Below are positions 18,429 to 30,737 of a stretch of DNA of 64,000 nucleotides, piece after piece (the first letter of the stretch is position 1; each line of letters starts with the position of its first letter). The translations under genes and the position numbers were made by a program. Location: the IMG/VR virus record IMGVR_UViG_3300042261_000762, positions 32,001 through 96,000 of that record. One strand, written 5' to 3'. The DNA comes from a virus. The notes under the pieces were generated by a model. It was not told the DNA's origin. It searched no databases and saw only the letters and a program-made list of their open reading frames with translations.

Positions 18429-18735
18429 GTTCTCTTAATTATTTATATGTTGGAAGATTTTCCCAATATTTTTTTTGGAATATACTTAAAGGTTTTTCTT
18501 TCTTCAAAACATTTCCAAAATTAATAGGTTTTACTTTATTTCCATATTTGGCTAGAACTCTCCACTTATAAGGTTTCTTACCTATATATCTTTTTGGAAC
18601 ATTAAATCCTGGGAAGTCCTCACCGTTGTATCGTACGAAATTTGGAAAAATTTGAACATTTTCAAGTTTTCCTTCGTTTATGTTATTATAAGTATTAAAA
18701 TTTTGTACTCCCATATTTTTATATTTCATTTTATA

Positions 18736-19404
18736 TCAATCCATTGGAATAGATCCTAATGGATCCATTAAAAAATATCCATCATTCCAGTTTTTAGTAA
18801 AATCGTTCCATTCCTTGTTAGGATCATTTACACGATGACGATATGATCTGACATGATGCATCTTATTTTTAGATAAACCTGTTCCTTTACAAAATCTACA
18901 TTTTCCTTTTCCTTCTGGATCTCTTCCAGTCCCATCGCAATATTCACACACTCCATTTAAGCTACCCTGTACTCTCTTTTTACCTTCACTTGTCATAACA
19001 GAATCTTGTTCTACATTATTTACATTATCTTTAGTTCCAAAATTAATTTTAACATATTTATAATATTTATTAACAATATCCTGAGCTGTTCTTTTAGAAT
19101 CTTTAGAATTATCTACCATTCTCTTAACTTCTGAAGCTTTCTCTGCTCCTAAATTAAAGAAAGAATTACAAACCTTATCTATATCTTGATCATTGGCATT
19201 AGGATTCTTTTTCAAAAGCATAGGTTTAAGAATAATTTTCATATGTTCTTGTATTTGTTGAAACTTATTTTCACTTCTTATATAGTCTGGATTATTAGAC
19301 ATATCATCTGATGTTACGCCCACTTCTTGTCTATTCATGGGCCATTCATTAGAATATGTTTGTTCTAGAACAAATTTGTCGAATTTTTTTATAAGTTGGC
19401 TCAT
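18736..19404 (-). CDS. Hypothetical protein with DnaJ-type Zn-finger repeats
   Basis: MSQLIKKFDKFVLE leader; CEYCDGTG...CRFCKGTG. Confidence 0.6.
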   Translation of the reverse strand: MSQLIKKFDKFVLEQTYSNEWPMNRQEVGVTSDDMSNNPDYIRSENKFQQIQEHMKIILKPMLLKKNPNANDQDIDKVCNSFFNLGAEKASEVKRMVDNSKDSKRTAQDIVNKYYKYVKINFGTKDNVNNVEQDSVMTSEGKKRVQGSLNGVCEYCDGTGRDPEGKGKCRFCKGTGLSKNKMHHVRSYRHRVNDPNKEWNDFTKNWNDGYFLMDPLGSIPMD

Positions 19405-19461
19405 TTAATTGTTCATATTTTATGATATATATAAAAAACTGAAAATCGTTTTTTAATATAT

Positions 19462-21445
19462 ATGTGCATGATAAGAAAATTTGAGTTATTCGAGTCCAAA
19501 GAACCATTTAATCCAAATATACATGAAGGAGATAGAATAATAATAACCAATGGAAAACATAAAAATCAAACTGGAGTGGTAATATTTGTGGAATCTCCAG
19601 AAGATTGTGGATTTATCGTAAACGATGTTGAAGTTAGAATGGATTATACTGAAAAGGAAATAGGGTTTAAATTTTCAGATATCGAAAAATTAGATCCAAT
19701 CGTTAATGTTACATCGGAAGACCCATACGGTGAAGAAGATTATAGAAACGATCCATGGGAAACATTTAGATATATAGAATACATAAGAGAAAACGAACTT
19801 AGGCTTGATGGTAAGCATGGATTCTTTATGTTCTTAAAACTCATAGACGATATGAAGATGCATTTTATTAAGACAAATCATTTTCTTAACGTTGGTAAAT
19901 ATCAATATTTCTTTACAACAGAAGCAATAAGAAGAAAAGATGAATTTATGGCATATTTCAAAGATTCTTTGTCTCTTAAAGTTACTTGTAGTACTGCTTT
20001 AAGAATAAAAGATGAAAGATTATCTTTTTATTTCGGTGTTAAAGGAAATAAATTGGAATATGGATTCCACGACGACATGAAAAGAGATATTTATAAGACT
20101 GGAATATTTGATATAAATACAAGATATTTAAGAAGTTTAAAATCTTATAAATGTTTAGTTCTTATCGAGAATATATTAAAATATTCTAACATATCTAATT
20201 TGAATCTTCTACAAGAAATTAAATCGCATTTTAAAGGGTGGTATGAAGGAAAAGGTAATGTATTAATATTGAATGAAAACATGATTAGAAAAACTCTTAA
20301 AAGAGAAGATATACATGATGATGCTAAAGAATCTGTAGCTTTATTACAAAAGTATGAAAAATGGTGTGAGAAATTTAAGTGGTGTAATAAAGTATATTAT
20401 TATATAGATAATGAGGAAGAGAATGAAGTAGATTTTTATATTAAAATAAAACCTAAAAAGAATGTTGAAGAAGTTTGAACAGTTTAATGATCCTTATGGT
20501 GAAGAAAACGATGATGTAATGTTAGAGCCACCTGAAGATTATTCTGGAGAAAATAGAAATCTGGAAGAAATTCTATCTGTTCTTGATAAAAAAGGATTTA
20601 TAGAGGGCGATGATTTATTCGATGAAGAGTATGATATTATTGATAATAATTTAGTTGATATAATATATAGAGGAGTAAATTTATCAGATAATTGTAATCT
20701 TTTTCAACTCGGAGAACTTATTGTTAGTCTTGATAAAGGAGATGAATATGGCCAAGGTTATTATCTGGCCAAAATAGATAGAATGGAAGAAGAATGATAA
20801 AAAGATATAAAATATTTGAACAAATTGACGATCCTTATGGTGAAGAAGTTGATGAATTCACAGACGGAAAAGACGAATTTGATGTAGAAGATCTTGAATT
20901 TTTAAATGGAAACGCTGAAACAAAATTCACATTAAATTATAAATTGTTTAATGATTGCATTACGTTTGAAGTATTTTACGATGATATGGGATATAATTAT
21001 TATGAAATATATAATAAAAATGAACTCCCTGAGAATATAATAAATTTATTAGAAGAATACAATGATGAAATTAGAATAAAATTACAAGAAGATATAAGAA
21101 ATGGGAGATTTTAAGAAATATAACGAATTTTTATTAACTGAAAGAAAAAAGGATCTTTTTAGTATGGTTCTCAACGATATTAATATAAACGTTGATGAAG
21201 TAGTAAAATTGTTATCAGAAAAATATAATTTTGGATGTTGGTTCTTATACAATAATGAAAACAATATAGCAATTGGATATTATCAAACATCAGACGATAG
21301 TAAAGAAAACGTAAATAAAATAAAAGAATTTTTATTTGAAAATCTTCCATACGTACAAAAAGTCGATGTTTATCCCGATGATAATAGAATGATGCTAAGA
21401 TTTATAGAAATTGGTGATCCTGTGAAGTTTAAATTTTATTTTTGA
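19462..21445 (+). CDS. Four coupled hypothetical genes (19462-20478, 20462-20797, 20794-21114, 21101-21445) with KFxxF(E) leaders, three with DPYGEE
   Basis: MIRKFELFE, MLKKFEQFNDPYGEE, MIKRYKIFEQIDDPYGEE, MGDFKKYNEFLLTE; overlapping stop/start codons. Confidence 0.65.
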
Positions 21446-21872
21446 TATTATTTTAATTTTTTTTAATAAAAAAAATTATTAAATTTGTTGAATGAAGAGT
21501 TAAAAATAGAAAAAATGAAAGTCTTATCAGAGAAAGAATTTGGGGTCATCTTTCACAAAAAGGAATCTTTGAAATTTAACAATCTGTATCTTACTTTTAA
21601 GTATCTTTGTATATGGTCGCCTTTTCTAGCGTTTATATGGTATATTGTGCCAAATCTTTGGTTATTTCCAACAATACTTCTTATTACAGTAGCTTCTTGG
21701 TTGTGTAGTGTTAAAATGAAATCTTTGAGAGATATAAATTACTTGGCAAGTAAATTCTTAAAAAATGAATATTTAGAAGAATACTTTAGATAAAACAAAA
21801 AAAACCTTGCCCGGGCACCAATGCAGGAGACCAGGACTTAAAGTCGGTTTTTCTATTTAATATCGAAAGATA

Positions 21873-22867
21873 TTAAGATCTCACTCTTCTAGAACCTTCT
21901 CCCCAGTTTCTAATACCTGTTTCCGACCATTTTCCTCCTTCATAATTAAAATACATAGCATCAGGATGCTCGGCTATGAATGTTATAAACTTCTGAGCGG
22001 CTTCTGAATCTTTTTGTAACCATTTATCATATACCACTTTATATTTAGGATTTCTGGCTATCATTTGTTTACCTTTTTGTACTAATTCTTCGGGTGTCAA
22101 GAATCCAGCTCCTTTTCTGACAGCATTACCAACACCTTTCCAGTCTTCTCCTTTAAATGGATTGAATTCTTCGTTTGTATATGTTTCAAATGTTTTTAAA
22201 TGATTAAGTTTCATATCTAGTTTTTTATTTTTTATTCATCGTCATCAAAATCGAAGTCTATATCTTCTATTTCAGATTTATTCTCGTCCCATTCGTCATC
22301 TTCACCGTAGACTTCTTGTTTGGCTTGATTCAATAATCTTTTTCTCGTGCCTTCACCAGGGTCGAGATTTCCTTTTTTCTTGGATTGATTTCTTCTCCAT
22401 TCTTTTAATAGTCTTTGATAAACTGCGTCTACTTCACTATCACCAATTTCGTCTTCTATTAAATCATCATCGTCTTCATCTAAATCATCTTCGTCATCAT
22501 ATGGACCATCTACAACCATATCGAAGTTTACTATGTATTTGACTTCATAAGTTTCAGATGCTCTTTCAAGATAATCTAGTGTTACTTCATACATTCTTTT
22601 CTTTTTTGCTCCTTCGGTAACTTCTAAAGTTAATTGTTCGTTAGGATCGATATATTGGAAATCTTGTTCAGTAACGTAAAATGACATAACAAGTCCTTCA
22701 TCAGGAACAAATTCAAATTTAGGTTTTTTAACTCTATCAAATATATCTCCAGCTATTTTCTTAGCTGTTTCTATGACTTCATTTGGAACATCATCCAACG
22801 ATCTAGCTTCCTTATCAGAATCAACGGCCTCATTAACAAAGTGTCTATATTTTCTGAGTATGTCCAT
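21873..22867 (-). CDS. Two hypothetical late proteins (21873-22214; 22232-22867, acidic)
   Basis: Leaders MKLNHLKTFETYTNE and MDILRKYRHFVNE; TTAATATATA upstream on the minus strand. Confidence 0.6.
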
Positions 22868-22947
22868 CTTTAATAATTCTTTTGTTTTGCTTTATATATT
22901 AATATAAAAAATTCATTTTTTTATTTTCTTGATAATTTTCTTTTTCT

Positions 22948-24006
22948 TTACTTAAGAAAGTCTGGATCCTTATTTTCGAAATAATCATATAGTAATGTAT
23001 AGATTTTATCTAATTTCCTATCCATTTTTTTACCAACTTTATTGAAATATCTTGTATATCTATCCAATGTGGCGTCTAATTCAACCTCTGTTATTTTTTT
23101 ATCTATGTCTATTTTGATTGGAATGTTTTTGAAAAAATCTTCTACACTATCAAATTCAGATATTCTTTTACCTAATTGTTTCATTACAGTAAAGAAAATT
23201 AATTTCTGGTCTGTTGTTGTTACGGGCGTTGTTTTGCCATCCTTTGTTCTGGCTTTTACATTAAACATTTTCTTCACATCAACATTTGATAAATCTCTAG
23301 CTAATCTAAATTCATAATTTTTTCTTTTAGTGAAATAATCTCTTAATTCTTGAACGTTCTTAATTTTTCTATATTTTAATTTGCCGTATAATTCTGCCAC
23401 AAAAGATCCTTGTTCTATATTTATCGATAGATAAACAAGACTAAGAAAATCTCTATATGGGAAAACATCAAAACTCTCTTTCAAAATATTATTTCTTAAA
23501 TATTTTGGATTGAATTTCATTTTAGTCTTACCCATTTTAACAAATTGTATAGCGTGATTTACTTCGTGATAAATATAATGTTTCCATATTTTATCTCTAA
23601 GTTTTCTATGAGTAAATGAAAAATGGAAAATATATCCGTCTTTTGTTAATTTGGAATGTAGCGGATCAAAAGAACCTTCAGATTTAGGATCAAATTTTTC
23701 TGTTTTACCACTGGAGTTTATTACATTTACAGAACTCCTATAATTTATTATTATTTTATATAAATTAATATCCAATTCGGGAAGTTCATCTATATTTATT
23801 ACATCTCTTTGTCTATGTCTCCCCAAGAGTCTTTGTAATAAAGGTAAATTTTTCTTATTTTCTTTATTTTCCTTTTGAAAAACGTAAGTCTTGTCCGGTT
23901 CAGCCTTGTTTAATTTATTAATAATAAAGTCAGATAAAACTTCAACATCTTTATTAACTCCAAGCCTTTCATTCACGAAACTATAATATTTATGAATAGA
24001 CATCAT
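22948..24006 (-). CDS. Putative zinc metallopeptidase-like virion protein
   Basis: YHEVNHAIQ (HExxH) with a downstream E; leader MSIHKYYSFVNE. Confidence 0.5.
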   Translation of the reverse strand: MMSIHKYYSFVNERLGVNKDVEVLSDFIINKLNKAEPDKTYVFQKENKENKKNLPLLQRLLGRHRQRDVINIDELPELDINLYKIIINYRSSVNVINSSGKTEKFDPKSEGSFDPLHSKLTKDGYIFHFSFTHRKLRDKIWKHYIYHEVNHAIQFVKMGKTKMKFNPKYLRNNILKESFDVFPYRDFLSLVYLSINIEQGSFVAELYGKLKYRKIKNVQELRDYFTKRKNYEFRLARDLSNVDVKKMFNVKARTKDGKTTPVTTTDQKLIFFTVMKQLGKRISEFDSVEDFFKNIPIKIDIDKKITEVELDATLDRYTRYFNKVGKKMDRKLDKIYTLLYDYFENKDPDFLK

Positions 24007-24025
24007 ATGTCTATATATAAAAATA

Positions 24026-25036
24026 TTATTTTAGAAAATCGTAATCTATAATGATATTAATTTTTATTAGAAGATCGCCTCTCTGATGGGGATTCATCAA
24101 TAACCCTTTTCCAGCTATACGTAAAAGTTCCCCGTCTTTTGTTTTTGGTGGAATTTTCAGAGCATATTTTTTACCATCGAGATGCTCATATTCAAAATCA
24201 TATCCATCAACTGCATATTGATAATGTAAATCTAAATGATAAATAAGAGTAGCTCCTTCTCTCGTGTAATGTGGATCATGATTATATTCCGCGTCAATAA
24301 TTAAAGTGCCAACTTTATTGGCATAATGTTTCGATTGATGTCCCATTCCTTTAATATATTTGACAAAACTTTTATCTACTGTAAAAACATTACCAAAAGC
24401 AAATTCCTCTTCTTTTGGAATTACTTTACTGCCATTACATTTTGTACAAGTTCCCGTATGAATTTTTCCAGTTCCATTACAATATTTACATTTGGTGAAT
24501 CCGTCGCCGCCCTTACCATCACAAGCATCGCATTCAAACTCATCTCCTTTTGGATCAAACCCCGTGAAATTGCAGTTATTACATTTTACATTGTGTGTAA
24601 ATTTAACTGGTATATTGCTATTATTATAAACATCTTTTAGTGTAACTTTAGTTGGAAAATGAATATCTAAATCTTCTGGAAATTCTTCTTTTCTATTAAA
24701 AATATCTCTAAAGAAAGGATCATTAAATGGACTTCCAAAATTACCAAAAGCTTCAAAAGGATTAAATCCACCACTACCACCAAATGTGAATCTAAATCCA
24801 CCAAAATTATTCGGGTTGTAATTTTTCCCATGCGGACTTTGAATATCATATCTACTACGCATTCCTTCGTCGCCTAACGTTTCATAAGCTTCTGAAAGAT
24901 CTTTAAATTTATTTTCATCACCTCCTTTATCTGGATGATGTTCTTTTGCTAATTTTCTATAAGATGAAATAATTTCCTTACTAGTTGCATCTTTATTTAA
25001 TCCTAATATTGAGTAATAATTTTTTTCACAATTCAT
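24026..25036 (-). CDS. dnaJ: DnaJ (Hsp40) chaperone
   Basis: J-domain with HPD, G/F-rich region, CxxCxGxG repeats, C-terminal GKG...RGDLLI. Confidence 0.92.
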   Translation of the reverse strand: MNCEKNYYSILGLNKDATSKEIISSYRKLAKEHHPDKGGDENKFKDLSEAYETLGDEGMRSRYDIQSPHGKNYNPNNFGGFRFTFGGSGGFNPFEAFGNFGSPFNDPFFRDIFNRKEEFPEDLDIHFPTKVTLKDVYNNSNIPVKFTHNVKCNNCNFTGFDPKGDEFECDACDGKGGDGFTKCKYCNGTGKIHTGTCTKCNGSKVIPKEEEFAFGNVFTVDKSFVKYIKGMGHQSKHYANKVGTLIIDAEYNHDPHYTREGATLIYHLDLHYQYAVDGYDFEYEHLDGKKYALKIPPKTKDGELLRIAGKGLLMNPHQRGDLLIKINIIIDYDFLK

Positions 25037-25943
25037 ATTTATACCATTTTCTTTTTAATATAGGAATATCTATATTTCTGATAATAGAAATCAATTTGTC
25101 AGCTTTACTACCGGTTATTTGTATAATAAAGGAATTGTGGGTTGGATATATCTTATTTTTTTTTATTTCTATAATTTCCCCTAAAGTTTCTTTTACCCAT
25201 TTTATAATATGGAAGCTACCTATTAATTGAATTCTCATATTGTTTTTATTTTTGTATATGCAACCATCACCGTCTATTAGACCAGCCATATAAGATAATT
25301 TATTTTCAAAATTATCTATATTTGGCGGTTTTAATGTCAAAGATTTTGCTGGGGTTATTTGAAAATTATTAAATAGATCGTTGATAATATCTCTAGAGTA
25401 CAATTCTATTATGGAATATTCTAAAATATTACCAGTAGCAGTCTTGTTAGTTTTATTTCTAATAGGGGCATCAGTCATTAAAGTTTTTTTAAAGAGTTCT
25501 AGATGATCTACATCTTTTTTTGATAATTTTATTCCTACCCCGTATGTTCCCTTTCTGATATATCCATCGGCGGCAATAAACCCAGCCCAATATGAGTTTA
25601 AATTGTTAATGTTATTAAAGAAATCATGAAGAACTCTATATTTATAATTTATATAGATCCTATTACTTTTTAATTTTAATAATGTTGCTCTGTTTAATAT
25701 AGAACTATAAGTTCTATTTCTTAATAAACTTTTATAATCTTCAAATGGCATTTTCCCATATTTATCAGATAAAATCTCATCTTCATCTTTACTCCATGTT
25801 TTTTTAAGATTTAAGGAATTCATTTTTGAACTAATTGATATTTCAGATCTGCCAAGTTCCACAGATAAATTCTTTATAGTTTTATAAATATAATTTTCTT
25901 TTAAAAATATTTCTTCGTCTAATGTCCATTTTCTTTTGTTCAT
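25026..25943 (-). CDS. Free-standing double-motif LAGLIDADG homing endonuclease with N-terminal Myb-like repeats
   Basis: YWAGFIAADG and YMAGLIDGDG; WTLDEEIFL and WSKDEDEIL repeats; C-terminal LKRKW. Confidence 0.85.
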   Translation of the reverse strand: MNKRKWTLDEEIFLKENYIYKTIKNLSVELGRSEISISSKMNSLNLKKTWSKDEDEILSDKYGKMPFEDYKSLLRNRTYSSILNRATLLKLKSNRIYINYKYRVLHDFFNNINNLNSYWAGFIAADGYIRKGTYGVGIKLSKKDVDHLELFKKTLMTDAPIRNKTNKTATGNILEYSIIELYSRDIINDLFNNFQITPAKSLTLKPPNIDNFENKLSYMAGLIDGDGCIYKNKNNMRIQLIGSFHIIKWVKETLGEIIEIKKNKIYPTHNSFIIQITGSKADKLISIIRNIDIPILKRKWYKYEL

Positions 25944-26007
25944 GCCTCATTAAATTCTTTAAAAGTATATATTATTTTTATAAAATGGTTTTTTATATAT
26001 AGAATGC

Positions 26008-27426
26008 GTGATAACTAAGTTTAAATTATTTGAAGCCAATAAGTACACAGACTATGATCCTGATGGTAACTTTAACGTCGGTGATAGAGTCATTGTTAAT
26101 GGTCATTATGTTAATATAACTTTCAAGGGGGAATCAGGAACAATAATTAATTTTTATGAAGCCGGAGATAATAGTAAAAAAAGGGAGATTTTAATTAGAT
26201 TTGACAGTAGATTTAATACAGATTTAATGTCGGGTGATAACAATGAAGATCCAAGTGGGACTTCATATTATGTCACTAGTGATTTGGTAGAATTGGAAGA
26301 TAAAACTCCTGGGAAAATTAAATGGTATAGTAAGGGTCTTTGGGAGAAATATAATGAAATAGATCCATATAATGAAGAAGACTGGGATGACAAGAATCAA
26401 ATATTTGTAATGTATAAAGGTTTTATGGCGGGCGAAGGACAAAGCTATCATTTACATGTAGTTGTTAATAAACATTATGGTGGAAACACAAACGGTCAAT
26501 ATCTTTGGGATGTAGATAAAAGAGGAATGCCTGATGTTGTTAAATGCGTTTCAGTATATGATCCACGTAGACATAAATTTGCTAGTAGTGAAGAAATAGA
26601 GAAATATTTAGATTTAGAAAAATTAGAGTCGGTATTTAATTATAGAAATGGTGAAGTTAGAGAAAGTGTTAAATGGTATAAAAATGGAAATTTTGAAAAT
26701 GAGCCAGAATGTAAACATGGTAAACATGAATATGTATTAACTCAGAAAGCAACATTTGATAAAAACACATTAAAACCATATTATAAAAATGAAATAAAAT
26801 GTAAAAGATGTGGTAGTGTTAAAAAATATTGTAAGCACGCTTGGTCATATTATGATCTAGTTACACAAGATAGGAATGGAAATAATAAAGTAAAACATTT
26901 GTTAAGATGTACCAAATGTGGAGAGTATGAAACAGATTTATCAAAAATGCCAAAAGAAAAGGGTGATAGTTTTTCGACAAAAATTAAAAAAATAATCAAA
27001 AAGAAATAATTGATAACGAAATTCAAAATATTTGAAAATAACACATTTAGTTTTAAGTTGGATGATATTCTATCACGAAATAGAATGCAAACAAATAGTG
27101 AAGCTGATCCTTACGGTGAAGAAGATTGGAATAATATTAATGAGGATTCTATAAAAAAAGAATTGATGGGAATAGTTTTAAATAGACACGTCGAGTTTAG
27201 AACTTTATCATCAGAAGGACCTTTATATAATAAAAAAGTTATCAAGGGTGTTGTTAAAGATGTTATTGTCAAATGGATACCCCATCATCTTGAATATTGG
27301 ATACTTTTTTTAATTAATGGTAAAAATCATTATGTTTATCCTAATTTAGATATAAAAGTTAAAGAAAATTTAATGGAACACATAGATATAGATCCTTATG
27401 GAGAAGAAAAATGGGATGAAGAATGA
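26008..27426 (+). CDS. Two tagged hypothetical proteins (26008-27009, 27010-27426)
   Basis: MITKFKLFE and MITKFKIFE leaders; DPY(G/N)EE tags; (I/V)KWYxxG motifs; Zn-ribbon repeats in the first. Confidence 0.6.
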
Positions 27427-30400
27427 TAAAGAAATTTAAAATATTTAAGATAAATGAAGGAATGTCATTAAATGACATAATATCCAAAGCTGAGAACAAA
27501 GGATACGGTGGAGATATTAGATATATCAAAAAAGATCTAGAGAATAATTTTCTTAATAAAAGAGTCAGAATATATAAAAAAGGCAAACCTTATGTAGAAA
27601 TAGATGTGGGAGCAATAGTTCGCGAAGGATTCACTTTTTATTTTGAGGCGTTGGAAGTTTTAGATATGGGAAATCGCGGCATGTATTGGAATTCTTATTC
27701 AGAAGCTGAGAAAAATACAATGATTGGTTTAGTAAAAGGACAAGATACTATTTTTATAAGAATAGACAGCGACGATGATATAGATATTATTGGTGAAGCG
27801 GATATTAAAAAGATAACAAGAAAGAAAGAACAGAGAAAATTAAGAGAATTAAAAAAAGACGTAGATCCTTATGGTGAAGAAGATTGGGGAGAAGACACTA
27901 ATAAAGTAATATCTAAATATGATATAAATAGCCCAGATGGACAAGAAAATTTATACAAAAAAGGCGAGGAATATGAAATCGAAACAAACGCAATACACGG
28001 TGATCTTATTGGAGTAAAAACAGAATTGTCATTTGGACAAAAATATGTTCATTATTTTAGAAGAGAAGACTTCAATGATTATTTTGATAGAATAACAGAA
28101 TCAATTGAAAATTTAGATCCTTATGGCGAAGAAAATTGGAATGATGATGAATCTCAGCTTTTTTTGGATTCAATTACTCGATACTTAGATATAAATGCAA
28201 AAATACATAATATTAAAGATAAATGGTATATTTATTTTGAAAAAGATGATGAATTTTATAAAATATGCAACAATGACGCTGGAAAAATACTTTTATATAA
28301 TCGCACAAATCATCATTCAATTGAATTAGTTGATAATGATATAGGTACAAAATTCGATTGGCTAAATATTAGATTAGCTATGCAAAAATTAGAACATAAA
28401 AAATCCTATGCAAAATTTCAAAATGAAAAAAGAGATTATAAAGACGTTGATCCTTATGGTGAAGAAATTTGGGCTGAAGAAGATGAATATAATTGGATTT
28501 ATATTAATGATCCATATGCTGAAGATGCTAATCCAACATTGAATTTATTAGAGCAACAAATAGGTAAATTTATTGTATTTAAGATTGATTGGACAAATGA
28601 ATATAAAGAAGGAGTTTTACAATCTGTTATGATTAATGTGCTTGGAGAAATAGAATTGGAGGTTGATAATCATTTTTATCTATTAGACGAAAGAGAAAGA
28701 ATAGGAGTAGCAAAGGAAAATATAATAACGGAACAGTATGATGAACAAGATCCATATGGTGAGGAAATTTGGAATGAAGATCCAAAATTTCAAATAGGAG
28801 ATAGAGTAGAATTTGCAAAAGATCCACCCAATAGATCATATTATTATCTGATTGAAGAATTTTTCCCGGATGATCGATCGTATAGATTGAGCATACACGA
28901 TAAAAATACCAATGAAAGATTTCCTGGTCATGTTTTGATAGATGAATTTAATTTAAAATTAGAAAATATAAAGGAAGAATTCAAGTGGAGAAATAAAAAC
29001 TATATTTATTATACTCAAACATTTATGGATAATAATAAAGTCAATAGAATAATGGAAAAAATTAGTCCTGAATGGATTACTAATAATCCTGTGGCTTTTG
29101 AAACATACAATAATAAATTATACTTAACTGAGGGACATCATAGATTTGAGGCTTGTTTAAGAAAGAATGATAAAAATTTATTAGAAACTTTATTTAAAAC
29201 TGCTTTATATTATCCAGTGAAAAGAGAACCTAGAAAATTTAAGAAAAAATATATTCCTGAAGATATTAAAATGATAAAAGAAAATAAAGAAATAACAGAC
29301 GAAAAGATAAAAGCAACCATTGATTTTATTTCTAAAACAATAAAAGGCACTGAATGGGAAGGTAAAGTTTATATGGCTGGCGGCGGCGTTAGAGACGAAC
29401 TCATGGGCAGAACTTCAAAAGATATAGATTTACTTATTAATGTACCAGACGGCGGAATAAACTTTGCTATATGGTTTACAAAGAAATTGAAAATATACAG
29501 AGAAGATAAAAATCCTGTTATCTATCCAAGATTTGGAACCGCTAAATTTACTCTAAGAAAACAAAAACATAACGGATTAGATTTATCAGGAATTGATATT
29601 GAATGTGTTATGCCAAGAAAAGAAACTTATACTGAAGGAAGTAGAGATCCAGAGGTAAGTCAAGGCACACTTAAAGATGATGTCGATAGGAGAGATTTTA
29701 CAGTTAATAGTTTGTTGAAAGATTTATCTACTGGGGAAATTCTAGACTTAACAGGAATGGGTAAAGAAGATATTAAAAGGGGAATAGTGAGAACTTCACT
29801 TAATCCTGATGTTATTTTTACTGAAGATCCTTTAAGAATGTTAAGAGCTATAAGATTCACAGTTAAATGTGATTGGGATTTACCTTTATTTATGATTAGA
29901 GCCTTAAAGAAGAACGCAAAACAACTTCAAATAATATCTTCAGAGAGAGTTCAAGATGAATTGAACAAAATGTTATTAACAGGTCATCCTGATAAGGCTA
30001 TAAGATTACTTCAGATAACGGGGTTGAGTAAATATATTTTCCCTGAACTTGATAAACTTATAAAAATGAAACAAAACAAGCATCATAAATATGATGCTAT
30101 GCGTCATTCTTTAGAAGTATTAAAGAATACTCCTCCAGATCTTGTAACAAGATTGTCTGCTTTATTACACGATATAGGTAAAAGTAAAACAAGAGAAATA
30201 ATTGATAATGAAGTTCATTTTTATGAGCATGAAAGGATTGGCGCATTTATGGTAAGGGATATATTAAAAAGGTTGAGATATCCAAAAGAAATAATAAATG
30301 CTGTTGTTATTGCAGTTGAAAATCACATGAAAACAAAACAGTCTGGAGATAAGGGAGATTTAAGTGATAGATCTTTAAGAAAATTGAAACAAGATTTGGG

Positions 30401-30737
30401 TCCACATCTTCAACAAACATTAGATTTAATTCACGCTGATAATATATCACATTCAGAAGAATCTAACATGCCAAATCAAGTAACTAATATCTTAAAAAGA
30501 TTTGCTGATTTGGAAGAAAGAGATAAACAAAAACAAAAACCAAATCCTTTAACTGGCAGCGAAGTAATGAAAATACTTGATATTAAAGAAGGACCAAAGG
30601 GTCCAGAAGATTCTAAAATGCGTCCTATTGTAGGAAAAATATTAAGATTATTGGGCGATATGTATTTAGATGACCCACATATGAGTAAAGAAGAATTAAC
30701 TGAAATAGTCAAAAAATCATACGAAGAATATAAATGA
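27423..30737 (+). CDS. cca: Polyprotein: DPYGEE-tagged modules, ParB-like module and C-terminal CCA-adding tRNA nucleotidyltransferase/HD domain
   Basis: GGGVRDELMGRTSKDIDL, RRDFTVNSL, EDPLRMLRAIRF, ERVQDEL, LLHDIGK in the last ~480 aa; LTEGHHRF; four DPYGEExW in the first half. Confidence 0.88.
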   Translation: MIKKFKIFKINEGMSLNDIISKAENKGYGGDIRYIKKDLENNFLNKRVRIYKKGKPYVEIDVGAIVREGFTFYFEALEVLDMGNRGMYWNSYSEAEKNTMIGLVKGQDTIFIRIDSDDDIDIIGEADIKKITRKKEQRKLRELKKDVDPYGEEDWGEDTNKVISKYDINSPDGQENLYKKGEEYEIETNAIHGDLIGVKTELSFGQKYVHYFRREDFNDYFDRITESIENLDPYGEENWNDDESQLFLDSITRYLDINAKIHNIKDKWYIYFEKDDEFYKICNNDAGKILLYNRTNHHSIELVDNDIGTKFDWLNIRLAMQKLEHKKSYAKFQNEKRDYKDVDPYGEEIWAEEDEYNWIYINDPYAEDANPTLNLLEQQIGKFIVFKIDWTNEYKEGVLQSVMINVLGEIELEVDNHFYLLDERERIGVAKENIITEQYDEQDPYGEEIWNEDPKFQIGDRVEFAKDPPNRSYYYLIEEFFPDDRSYRLSIHDKNTNERFPGHVLIDEFNLKLENIKEEFKWRNKNYIYYTQTFMDNNKVNRIMEKISPEWITNNPVAFETYNNKLYLTEGHHRFEACLRKNDKNLLETLFKTALYYPVKREPRKFKKKYIPEDIKMIKENKEITDEKIKATIDFISKTIKGTEWEGKVYMAGGGVRDELMGRTSKDIDLLINVPDGGINFAIWFTKKLKIYREDKNPVIYPRFGTAKFTLRKQKHNGLDLSGIDIECVMPRKETYTEGSRDPEVSQGTLKDDVDRRDFTVNSLLKDLSTGEILDLTGMGKEDIKRGIVRTSLNPDVIFTEDPLRMLRAIRFTVKCDWDLPLFMIRALKKNAKQLQIISSERVQDELNKMLLTGHPDKAIRLLQITGLSKYIFPELDKLIKMKQNKHHKYDAMRHSLEVLKNTPPDLVTRLSALLHDIGKSKTREIIDNEVHFYEHERIGAFMVRDILKRLRYPKEIINAVVIAVENHMKTKQSGDKGDLSDRSLRKLKQDLGPHLQQTLDLIHADNISHSEESNMPNQVTNILKRFADLEERDKQKQKPNPLTGSEVMKILDIKEGPKGPEDSKMRPIVGKILRLLGDMYLDDPHMSKEELTEIVKKSYEEYK

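Noticed and set aside
25026-25943. LAGLIDADG ORF as part of a group I intron or intein
   Set aside because: The adjacent dnaJ is intact, and no split exons or intein terminal motifs are visible; treated as free-standing.
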